Positions 54,783 through 64,000 of a stretch of DNA of 64,000 bases are shown here, in pieces (position 1 is the first letter of the stretch; every line of letters starts with the position of its first letter). The notes under the pieces were generated by a model, which did not search any database, was not told the origin of the DNA, and saw only the letters and a list, made by a program, of their open reading frames with translations. Source of the DNA: an uncultured Chloroflexia bacterium (GTDB lineage Bacteria > Chloroflexota > Limnocylindria > Limnocylindrales > CSP1-4); assembly GCA_963778025.1 (NCBI GenBank), contig CAVZTA010000003.1:442751-506750 (forward strand). Direction: 5' to 3'. A program made the translations under genes and the position numbers.

Positions 54783-55582
54783 ATGAAGGTCGTCCTGTTC
54801 TGCGGCGGCTTGGGCATCCGGTTGCGCGAGCACAGCGAGTCGCATCCCGAAACCCATGGTGACGATCGGGTACCGGCCGATCCTGTGGCACGTGATGAAG
54901 TACTACGCCCACTTCGGCCATAGCGACTTCGTCCTCGCGCTGGGCTATGAGGCGTACGTGATCAAGGAGTACTTCCTCCGCTACGACGAGACCCGCTCGA
55001 ACGACTTCGTGTCTCGAGGACGGCGCTCGCCATATCAAGTTGTTCAGCACTGACCTCGATGACTGGCGCATCAGCTTCGTGGACACCGGCCTGAACGCGA
55101 ACCTCGGCCAGCGCCTGCGGGCGGTCCGGCGCTACCTCGACGACGATCAGATCTTCCTGGCCAACTACGGCGACACGCTGACCGACGCGCCGCTGGATCA
55201 GCTCGTCGAGCGGTTCCGGGCGTCGGACGCGATCGCCGCGTTCGTGAGCGTCAAGCCCACCAGCTACTCGTTCCACCTCGTCCATCACGGTCAGGACGGC
55301 CGCGTCGAGGGCATCGAGGACGTCCGCACCGCGGACATGTGGATCAACGGCGGCTACTTCATGTTCCGGCCGGAGATCTTCGACCACATCCAGCCGGGCG
55401 ACGAGCTGGTCGAGGCGCCGTTCCGGCGGTTGATCGAGCTGGGCAAGCTCCACGCCTTCCGGTACGACGGGTTCTGGGCGCCGATGGACACGCTCAAGGA
55501 CGTCCAGAACCTCGAGTCGCAGTGGGAGGCCGGCGACCCGCCGTGGGCGCTCTGGTCGCGGACCCGGGAGCCCGCCCGATGA
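54783..55582 (+). CDS. rfbF: glucose-1-phosphate cytidylyltransferase (two apparent frameshifts near 54850 and 55030)
   Basis: MKVVLFCGGLGIRLREHSES (frame A), then ..MVTIGYRPILWHVMKYYAHFGHSDFVLALGYEAYVIKEYFLRYDE (frame B), then the C-terminal ...FWAPMDTLKD (frame C). Confidence 0.75.
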
Positions 55583-55607
55583 CGCCGGCCACACCGCCCC
55601 GCCCACG

Positions 55608-56261
55608 ATGACGGGTCCCCTCCAGCTCGCCTACCCTGCCGACCGGCCGTTCCGGCTGCTCGCGCTGGGGGCGCACCCGGACGACCTCGAGATCGGTGCC
55701 GGCGGCTTCCTGCTCCGGCTGGCGGCGGAGGCCCCGCACGGCCTCGACACGCGCTGGGTCGTCCTCAGCGGCGACGACCAGCGGGCGATCGAGGCGAACG
55801 ATGCGGCCCGGGCGTTCGCGGGCGATCGGGTGGATGTCCGCGTCGGCACGCTCCGCGACGCCTGGTTCCCGGCTGATTTCGAGGCCGCCAAGGCGCAGCT
55901 CATCGCGGCGGTCGACGGCTTCGCCGCGGACCTCGTCCTGGCGCCCGCGCTCCACGATGTCCATCAGGATCACCGGCTGCTCGCGGAGCTCGCGTGGCAG
56001 GTCGTGCGGACGCCCGCCATCTGGAGCTACGAGATCCCGAAGTTCGAAGGCGACCTCGGCCAGCCGAACGTCTTCGTGTGGCTCAGCGACGGGACCGCGC
56101 GTCGCAAGGCGGAGCTCCTCGTGCGCTGCTTCCCGTCGCAGGGCGGGCGCGCCTGGTTCCGCGAGGAGACGTTCCTGTCGCTGCTCCGCATCCGCGGTCT
56201 CGAGGCGAAGGCGCCCGAGGGCTACGCGGAAGCGTTCCATGTCCGCAAGCTCGTGATCTGA
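55608..56261 (+). CDS. PIG-L/LmbE-family N-acetylglucosaminyl deacetylase
   Basis: LALGAHPDDLEIGAGGFL..., with His and Asp residues in the positions characteristic of PIG-L. Confidence 0.8.
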   Translation: MTGPLQLAYPADRPFRLLALGAHPDDLEIGAGGFLLRLAAEAPHGLDTRWVVLSGDDQRAIEANDAARAFAGDRVDVRVGTLRDAWFPADFEAAKAQLIAAVDGFAADLVLAPALHDVHQDHRLLAELAWQVVRTPAIWSYEIPKFEGDLGQPNVFVWLSDGTARRKAELLVRCFPSQGGRAWFREETFLSLLRIRGLEAKAPEGYAEAFHVRKLVI

Positions 56262-56269
56262 GGCGTCCC

Positions 56270-57320
56270 ATGCGCATCCTTGTGACCGGCCACCTGGGCT
56301 ACATCGGCACCGTGCTGACGCCCGTGCTCCTGCGCGCGGGTCACGAGGTCGTGGGCCTGGATTCCGATCTGTACGGCGGCTGCACGTTCGGCCCGGACGA
56401 CGGCGTGCCCGATGTGCCGGCCATCCGACGCGACCTGCGCGACGTGACGGTCGACGACCTCGCGGGCGTCGAGGCGGTCATCCACCTCGCCGCGCTGTCG
56501 AACGACCCGCTGGGCGACCTGGACCCGGAACTGACGTATGCCATCAACCACCGGGCGTCGGTGCGGCTGGCGCGAGCTCGCCCGGACCGCGGGCGTCGAA
56601 CGCTTCCTGTTCTCGTCCTCATGCTCGAACTACGGGGCCGCCGGCGGCCGTGAGCTGCTCGACGAGACCGCGGCGCTCAATCCCGTCACGCCGTACGGCA
56701 TCAGCAAGGTCCGGACCGAGCGTGACGTCAGTGCGCTCGCGAGCGACAGCTTCTCGCCGACGTTCCTGCGCAACGCGACCGCGTACGGGGTGTCGCCGAG
56801 GCTGCGGTTCGACCTTGCCGTCAACAACCTCGTCGCGTGGGCGTACACCACCGGCCGGGTGCTGCTCAAGAGCGACGGGACGCCGTGGCGGCCGTTCATC
56901 CACGTCGAGGACATCGCGCGCGCCTTCCTCGCCGTGCTCGACGCGCCGCGGGACGTGGTCCACGACCGCGCGTTCAACGTCGGCTCGTCGAGCGAGAACT
57001 ACCAGATCCGGGACGTGGCGCGGATCGTCGCGGAGGTGGTCCCGGGCTCGACCCTGGAGATCACGCCCGGCGCCTCGGCCGACGCCCGCGATTACCGCGT
57101 CTCGTGCGACCGGTTCCGGGATGCGGTCGGGTTCGAACCGAAATGGACGGTGCGCGCCGGGGCGGAGCAGCTCCTGGAGGCTTACCGCGCGGTCGGGGTG
57201 ACGCTCGACGAGTTCGAGGGTCCCCGCTACCAGCGGATCGGGCACATCCGCTCGCTCCTCGCCGACGGCTCGCTGGCCCCGGATCTGCGGTTCACGCACG
57301 TCACGTCCGGGCATCCCTGA
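56270..57320 (+). CDS. NAD-dependent epimerase/dehydratase (SDR; apparent frameshift near 56571)
   Basis: [31 protein letters not shown] (frame A), then ..YGISKVRTE... in ORF 56538..57320. Confidence 0.75.
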
Positions 57321-57360
57321 CGCGGGCGGCGGCTCACCGGTCCGGCATCGTCCCCTGCCC

Positions 57361-58320
57361 GTGACGCGCCCCTTCCGGTTCATCGCGCCGATGCCGCGCC
57401 TGATGGGCTCGCCCGCGGTGTGGCGCGACGCGATCCGGCGGATCGAGGACCTCGGCTTCGACACGCTCTCGATCTCCGACCACCTCTCGGCGGGCTGGGT
57501 GATGGACCCGCTGACCGCGCTGACGGTGGCGTCCGAGGTCACCTCGCGGATCCGGCTCCTGACGCTCGTGCTGGGCAACGACTTCCGCCACCCGGTTCCC
57601 GTCCACAAGGCGTTCGCGACCCTCGACGTGCTGAGCGGGGGGCGGGTGGAGATCGGCCTGGGCGCGGGCTGGATGGCCAGCGACTATGAGGCCGCGGGCT
57701 TCCCGTTCGACCCGCCGGCGATCCGCCTGGAACGTCTCGCCGAGGCGGTCGCGGTGATCGACGGCCTGTTCGGTGATCGCGCCGCTCGACTACGCGGGCC
57801 GGCACTACACGATCCGCGGCCTCGATGGCCTGCCCAAACCGGTCCAGCGCCCCCGGCCGCCGATCCTCCTGGGCGGCGGTGGCCCCAAGGCGCTCGCGAT
57901 GGCGGGGCGGCTGGCGGACATCGTGGGCGTCCACGCCCGGCTCGCCGAGGGGTCCCTCGGCCCGGACGCGGCGGCCGACCTGCGCGCGGAGCGCTTCGCG
58001 CGAGAAGGTCGGCTGGGTGCAGGCGGCGTGGTCGGCTACAGGACGACCCGCGGGCGGCCCCGAGCTCCAGGCGAGCGCCTATCTCGTCGCGATCACCGAT
58101 TCCCGTCCTGCCGGGGCGCGCGCGACCAGCTCGTTCGCGGGCTGGCTCGCGGCTGACGAGGCCGCCATGGCGGATTCGCCGGCCGTGCTGGTGGGCAGCG
58201 TGGAGGCGTGCGTGGAGCGCCTGGAGGCGAACCGCGAGCGCTTCGGCCTGAGCTATTGGAACCTGGGCGGCGACGTCGAGGCGGTCGCGCCGATCGTCGC
58301 GCGGCTGGCCGGCCGCTAGG
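57361..58320 (+). CDS. luciferase-like monooxygenase (LLM) family oxidoreductase, possibly F420-dependent (two or three apparent frameshifts)
   Basis: ..LGFDTLSISDHL... and ..RVEIGLGAGW.. The segments span three frames (57361, 57773 and 57825 ORFs). Confidence 0.6.
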
Positions 58321-58360
58321 CATCGTTCGCTCGCGCGGGGCGAGCCTGAGCACCGTCGGG

Positions 58361-59634
58361 CTACGGGACGTAGGTCACCGAGGTGCAGCCGTTGAAGCGT
58401 GCGCCGGCGTCGTTGTTCTTCACGGTGACGCCGTCCACGCCGGTGAACGACATGCCACCGCCGCGGCTGACGTTGTCGGCCACGGTCACGCGCTTTGGGC
58501 GGTGCGTCTGGTTCGAGACCGTCACGGTCAGACCGCCGGACATCCGGTTGCCCACGAACCGCAGGTCGCTGATCGGACCGTGACCCGCCGACGCCTAGGA
58601 CGTAGCCCGAGTACTCGCCATCGATGCCGTTCGAGCCGACCGTGTTGTACGACAAGTCGAGGGTGGCGGCGCCGGTCTGGACGCCGTACGAAAGCCCGTC
58701 GGGCTCGACGTCGAACGAGTACACGCCGACCTGGTCGATCGTGTTCCGGGTCGCCGTGACCCGCCGGCCGCCGGTGACCGACACGCCGTGGCGGCCCAGC
58801 CCCACGAACGTCGAGCGGGTGACCGTCACGCGGTCGGCCCACGAGTTGTCGCCGCCGGCCGAGTTGTCGTACGCGACATGGACGCCGTCGCCACGCATGT
58901 TGCGCACCGTCACGCCGTCGACCGCGACCGCATACGAGCCCTTCACGTCGAAGCCCATCTCGTACTGAGTCGAATTGCTCCAGTCGCCCGCGCGCGCGCC
59001 GCCGGTGACCGTGATCCCGCGGAGGAAGATGTACGAGCTGTGGTGGATGACCTGCCACATCGAGTGCGGCACGCCGCCGGCCACCCGCTGGAACGTGCCG
59101 CCCCGGAGGGTCAGCCACGAGCGATGGCTGATCTTGAGGGTGCCGTCCACGCGATACGTGCCCGAGAAGCACAGCGTGGAGTCGTTGGGCCGCGAGTCGA
59201 TCCAGTGCTGGAGCGCGGCCGTCTGGTCCGAGCCCGTCGGCGCCGGCGCCATGGGGCAGCGCGCCACGGGGAACGTGCGGCTGTACTGACGCGCTCGTGG
59301 ACGGGATGGATGGCTTCGAGCCGTGGGCGATCCAGTACTCCGCGCTCGAGCGCGCGACACGGTAGAACGAGATCCGGTGCGTGCCAAGCGACATGCTCGT
59401 CGGGATCGGGACCCGCGTGAGGAACGTGCCCGACGACGACGCCAGGACGATCTTCGTGGCCGTGCTGTTGGTGTCGAGCCGGATGAGGTATCCGGCGCCG
59501 GCCGTGAAGCCGCTGCCGTAGACCTTGTAGTACCCGCCGGCGACGGCCGAGCCGCCGACGGACACGGACGACGCTGCCGCCGTGGGGGCGGCGATGGTGG
59601 CGAGGCTGATGGCCGCCAGCACGGCGAGCAGCAT
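58361..59634 (-). CDS. secreted right-handed parallel beta-helix (pectin-lyase-fold) protein (about two apparent frameshifts)
   Basis: Signal peptide MLLAVLAAISLATIAAPTAAA. Repeated ..VTV.N...G.GV.. beta-helix rungs (HSSYIFLRGITVTGG..., VTVRNMRGDGVHVAYDNS..., VTATRNTIDQVGV) are distributed over three overlapping minus-strand ORFs. Confidence 0.6.
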
Positions 59635-60003
59635 CGAGCGGCGCAGGGGACGAGAGACGCGCAAGGGTGAGACCCTCCCGTGGAGCCGACCGGCGGGCGG
59701 TCGACGGGCGCATCGCGTGATGGGGCGACGGGATGCGGTGGTGCCGTGGGGAGCCACTGTCGGTCGGGCCCATCCCGCGGCCGGGACGTCGCCCATCCTA
59801 CCGGCCGGGACCGGCGCCGCGCAGAGCCCGGTCGGGGGAGCGGTGCCTACGACGTTCGGGCTAGCGCTTCGTGGGACCGGGCTCCTCGCCCAGTGAGGCG
59901 CTCAGCGTTCGAGCTCCAGCGAGCCCGTGGGCCGGCCATGAGACCGAGCCCATGGGCGCCGGCGTGAGCGAGCGGCATGGCCCGCGGATGGCACGCCCGC
60001 AGA

Positions 60004-61348
60004 TCAGCTCGAGCCGAGGGCGCGGTCGGCGGCGCGTTCGCCGCTCAGGAACGACTCGTCCGTCCAGAGGTGGTTCCACTCGCCGTAGCGACCGCACGGC
60101 AGGATGCCCACCTCGTCGAGGTAGCCGTGGATGGTCGCGACGGCCGGCGCCCGATCACGGTCCCAGATGACGTTCGCGAAGCGCGTGAACGTCGCCTCGG
60201 TGACGACGATCCGGTCGTCAGGGTGGATGAGGTCCATCGCCCGCAGATGCTCGAGCGTCGGCGGGATATGGTCCTCGGGCAGCGATCCCAGTGGCTGGTA
60301 CTTCTCCGAGCTGTACCACTCGACCTGGATCGCCGATGCGCCGTCGGGCACGACGGTGGGCGACAACCGGTGCGGAAAGCTGATCCGCGAGAACGGGATC
60401 TCGGCGTCGTAGATGTAGCGGATGTGGGTGTCGCCACCGATGCCCGGTCGGTCGACACCGACGTTCACGAGCACGACCGACGTCCAGGCCAGGCGCCGCG
60501 CTGCCGCGACCACCTCGTCCGGCGCGCCGACGATGAGGGGCACGAGATCGGGCAGCGGGATGCTCGAGACGAGCGCGGCGTAGCGGATCGTGTCACCGGT
60601 CGCGAAGGTGACGACCTTCGCCGCCGGGTCGATGCGGGTGACCTCGTGCGAGAGGTTGACGCCCGCGCGAGCCGCCCAGCCCGCGATGTAGGCGCTGTAG
60701 CCGCCGTGGGTCGGGTACCGGAAGTGGGTGACGTAGTGGAGGTCGCGGACGGGCGCGGGCTCGAGCGCCCCGCGAAGCGCCTCCTCGAGCGACGGGCGGT
60801 ACATCCGCGGACCGACCCAGTCCGTCGTGAGGTTCCGCATCTCCGTCGTGTGGTACTTGCGCCCGTAGGTCATCGGGAACGTCTCGGCGAAGGTGTCGCC
60901 GTAGGCCTGCCGCAGCCAGGTCTCGTAGTCGGCGGGCGGCGTCTCGTCGCCGGCCGCCGCGGCCGCCGCGTGGGCCTTCGCGAGGTCGGTCAGCACCGGC
61001 ACGATCACGTCGGTCGGCAGCCCGTGGAGGTTGACCTGGAGCGGGTGGGTGAGGATGCGCCCCTTCCAGTGGTTGTCGAGCCCGATCGGCACCTGCTGGT
61101 AGTCGCCGCCCACCGCGTCCGCGAAGATGCCCTGGAGGCGCTCGTCCCGGGTGAAGGACACGTGGGGCCCGTCGTCGAAGGTGAATCCGCCCGGAAGCTG
61201 GTGGCTCGAGGTGTGGCCGCCGATGTACGGGTTCCGGTCGTAGACCGGCGTAGGGCGCGCCGGCGGCCTCGAGCCGATGGCCGGCACCGAAGCCCCCGAA
61301 CCCCGTGCCGAGGACGACGATGGGCGGCGAGTCGGGGGACGCGGTCAC
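60004..61348 (-). CDS. FAD-dependent oxidoreductase (amine-oxidase/UDP-galactopyranose-mutase-like superfamily; apparent frameshift near 61250)
   Basis: N-terminal dinucleotide-binding fold (PIVVLGTGFGGFGAGHRL, ORF 60593..61348). Then ..VYDRNPYIGGHTSS...GGFTFDDGPHVSFT.. in ORF 60004..61287. Confidence 0.65.
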
Positions 61349-61350
61349 GG

Positions 61351-62599
61351 TCAGCGGGCCTCCACGGTCGGACGGACGGGCGGGATGGACTGTACGTCGG
61401 GCAGCGGGACGAGGAACCTGGTCCCGTGGTCCTGGAGCTCCGGCAGGGACGCCACGATCTCGGGGGCCACGGTCCAGGCGAGGATGAGGAGGTCATCCGG
61501 CGGCGCGGCGATCAGCGACGCCCGGTCGACGATGGGGACGCGGACCCCCGGGACGGTGTGCCCATGCTTGGCCGTGGATGCATCGGCGGTGCGGGGCAGG
61601 AGCTCAGGGCCGATGCCCGCGCCGTTGAGGAGCGTCACGGCACGCGACGGCGCCCCGTAGCCTGCCACGACGCGGCCCGCGGCCGCCGCCTCGCCCAGTC
61701 GAGCGCGCAACGATCCGACCGACCGCGCCATGGCCGCCCCGAGGGCGCACGAGCGCCTCCGGGCCGGCCACCGTCGCATCGTGCTCCCGGATCGCCCGGC
61801 CGACGTCGCCGCCCGTGCGCGACGGCGCGGCGGTGGACCGCCGGAACACGACGCCCACGCTCCCACCGTGGATCGGCAGCGGCGTCGCGTCCACGACGGC
61901 CAGACCGTGGCGCTCCGCGGCGCGCTCCAGTGTCGACAGCGACTGGTAGGTGAAGTGGCCATGCCGGAAGGCATCCCAATGGCCATGGGCAAGCACCTGG
62001 CTCACGTCGTGGATCTGCGCGTACAGCGCTCCCTCCGGCGCGAGGATGCGCGCCGCGCCGGCGAGGGCGGCCCCGAGGTCGGGGGCATGGGCGAGGTGGA
62101 AGCCGTCGATGACGAGGTCGGCCGGGGGACCGGCGGCCAGGATGGTCTCGGGTGCGGTGACCGAGGTCGGGAGGACCTCGATGCCGCGCGCCCGCAGACC
62201 GTCGGCGACCGCGACGTCGGGCTCGAGGGCGACCACCGGGATCCCGCGACCCGCCAGCAGGTGGCCCAGGTGGTTGCCGTGGGACGAGGCCTCCAGGACC
62301 CGGCTCCCCGGTCCGAGCGAAAACCGCTCGACGAGCCAGGCGGCGGTCCGCTCGGCGTGCGCGTTGAGCGTGGTCGACAGGAGCGCCAGGCCCTCGGGCC
62401 CCGCTTCGTCGACCACCGGAGCCTCCAGGGTCAGCTGCACGAGCCCGCAGGACGTGCACCGCCCGACCGCGAGTGGCCACCGCTCGTCGGGCGGATCACC
62501 GGGCAGCGGGAAGCGCGTCGCGAGCGGTTGCGCCCCGAGGTCCAGGACCGCGGGATCCAGCGTGGCCCCGCACGAGCGGCACCGGCCCGTGCCTCGCAC
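61351..62599 (-). CDS. NDP-hexose C-methyltransferase-like protein, paralog 2 (apparent frameshift near 62000)
   Basis: CRSCGATL...CTSCGLVQL (zinc ribbon) and a methyltransferase core are in ORF 61604..63085. The C-terminal ..VVAGYGAPSRAVTLLNGAGI...LILAWTVAPEIV is in ORF 61351..61992. Same architecture as the 53468..54760 product. GTG start 5 nt from the GT2 stop. Confidence 0.6.
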
Positions 62600-62604
62600 C
62601 TCGA

Positions 62605-63586
62605 TCAACGCGTCAGCAGCTTCGACACCCGGGGTCGGCCGATGTGCCGCAGCCCCAGCCGCTCGGCGAGGTAGACGAGCAGCCCCGCCGGCCAGGCGAC
62701 GAGCCAGAGGACCTTGCCGCGTCGATCGTGGAGGTCGCGCCACTGGTCGCGCAGCCCGTGTCCCGAGTGGAACCCCGAACGTGCCACCTTCGCCGCCCGG
62801 CCGAACAGCTGGATGGGGGCGACCGGGAACCAGCGCATGTCGTTGTCGAGGACCGTCCGCGCCTCGAGGTAGCCGCCCGGGGCGTTGTCGGCCGGGTTGC
62901 GCGGCCGCGAGAGCGTGCCGACGGCCTCCTCGAGCGTGAACGTGCGAAGCACCTCGTTGACGTAGCGCGTCCGGTAGCGCCGACCGATGGCGTCCCACAG
63001 CAGCGTCTCCGGGATGTAGCCGCTGTAGCCCTCGATGATCGGCAGCTCGAACTGGCGCATCACGTCGACGCGCTGGAAGCCCCACTTCTCACCGTGGACC
63101 TTGTAGCGGAAGCGGAGCTCGATCGGGTCGGAGTCGAGGATGTCGCTGGGGAAGCGGTCGCCGATGAGTCGGCCCTGCTCGTCGACGCACAGGCCGGTCA
63201 CCGCGCTGAATCGGTCGCGCTGGTCCTCGGGGATGCCCTCCCAGAGCGCCGCGAGCCGCTCGAGCGCATCGGGGTTGCACGCGTCGTCGGACGCGAGCGT
63301 GACCATGAACCGGCCCTGCGCCTCGCGCGGCGCACGGTTCCACGACACCTGGAGGCCGCGGTTCTCCTGGCGCAGGTAGCGGATCGGGAACGGCGACGAT
63401 CGCTGCCAGCCGGCCATGAGCTCCGCCGTGCCATCGGTCGAGTCGTTGTCGATGACCAGCCACTCGAGATCCTTGAGCGTCTGCGCCATGAGGCTGTCGT
63501 GGACGCGATGCAGCGTGTGGGCCCGGTTCCGGGTGGGCGTGAACACCGTGAACAGCGGCGGGCGATCGGGGGGCAGGCGAGGTCAT
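62605..63586 (-). CDS. glycosyltransferase family 2 (apparent 1-nt indel in a C6 run near 63566)
   Basis: ATG at 63586 with a GGAG RBS. After a one-base correction the N-terminus reads MTSPAP..PPLFTVFTPTRNRAHTLHRVHDSLMAQTLKDLEWLVIDNDSTDGT, a classic GT2 N-terminus. Confidence 0.75.
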
Positions 63587-63605
63587 GACGGCTCCTGTGC
63601 GGCGT

Positions 63606-64000
63606 TCACCGGCGCCATCGCGGCTTGCGCAGGGCTTCCCGGAGCAGGTCTCGCGCGAGCATCACCATGCCCACCGGCCACGATGCCAGCCACAGCAGTC
63701 GCGCCCGGGGGTCGCGCAGGGCTCGCACCTGACGGACTGGCCCGATGCCGGCCAGCAGGCTGAAGCGGACGTACCGTCCCGCCTCGAGGACGAATGCGAC
63801 TGGCGCATCGCGGAACCACCGCATGTCCTCGTCGAGCAGCGTGCGGTAGCCGATCAGGAGACCCACGTCGTCGCGCCGCACGCCCGCCGGTCGGGACAGG
63901 GCGGCCCCCTGATCCCGGTAATAGGTGCGCAGCGCCTCGTTGACGTAGCGCGTTCTGTGGGTGCGCCCGATCGCATCCCACACGAGCCCCTCGGGCGGCT
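63606..64000 (-). CDS. glycosyltransferase family 2, paralog (partial; N-terminus beyond the window end)
   Basis: The C-terminal 125 aa (..LWDAIGRTHRTRYVNEALRTY...DMRWF...LLWLASWP...) are homologous to the C-terminus of the adjacent GT2. Confidence 0.6.
   Translation of the reverse strand, partial: PPEGLVWDAIGRTHRTRYVNEALRTYYRDQGAALSRPAGVRRDDVGLLIGYRTLLDEDMRWFRDAPVAFVLEAGRYVRFSLLAGIGPVRQVRALRDPRARLLWLASWPVGMVMLARDLLREALRKPRWRR

Noticed and set aside
59635-60003. Short imperfect repeats (gagcccgtgggc ... gagcccatgggc) in the 370-bp gap between the beta-helix and FAD-oxidase genes
   Set aside because: They are too short and degenerate to call a repeat element. They are likely chance matches in GC-rich intergenic DNA.

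Overview
The window is a 64 kb, roughly 72% GC chromosomal segment that looks actinobacterial. It has dense operons with many ATGA/GTGA start-stop overlaps. Three blocks are evident.

(1) Branched-chain amino acid supercluster, ~2.1-22.7 kb: leuD-leuC on the minus strand, then an ilvB-ilvN-ilvC-leuA-leuB-cimA operon. Upstream of it sits a leader region with a near-perfect GC-rich hairpin plus U-run attenuator. The operon continues into a stand-alone LeuA-dimer regulatory domain protein, a methyltransferase, an unknown protein, pheA and a HerA-like DUF853 ATPase. A GGDEF-EAL c-di-GMP protein, an ECF sigma factor and a DUF5317-like membrane protein lie between the two branched-chain gene groups.

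(2) Mixed accessory/metabolic block, ~22.8-38 kb: a small Cys-rich protein, GNAT, PPK2, two tandem secreted paralogs, an aldehyde dehydrogenase, an acyl-CoA dehydrogenase, an ADP-forming acyl-CoA synthetase, an ALS-like TPP enzyme, a macro domain protein, a 1016-aa secreted PQQ-type sugar dehydrogenase with PKD/FN3 domains, and a nucleotide-sugar dehydrogenase.

(3) A surface-glycan biosynthesis locus of at least 26 kb, 38.4-64 kb. It encodes a fused Wzz/BY-kinase, an O-antigen-ligase/Wzy-like protein, a MurJ/Wzx-like flippase, a WecA/MraY-like initiating transferase, GT4 and GT2 glycosyltransferases, CE4 and PIG-L deacetylases, an AsnB-type amidotransferase, three SDR epimerase/dehydratases, a glucose-1-phosphate cytidylyltransferase, two paralogous zinc-ribbon NDP-hexose C-methyltransferase-like genes, an FAD oxidoreductase, a luciferase-like oxidoreductase and a secreted beta-helix protein.

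About 30 apparent single-base frameshifts interrupt otherwise well-conserved genes, including essential ilvC, leuA and leuB. The most likely cause is an indel-rich (uncorrected long-read) assembly, so many CDS boundaries here are approximate. No rRNA, CRISPR array or transposase was seen. One tRNA T-arm-like motif sits at the glycan-locus boundary.
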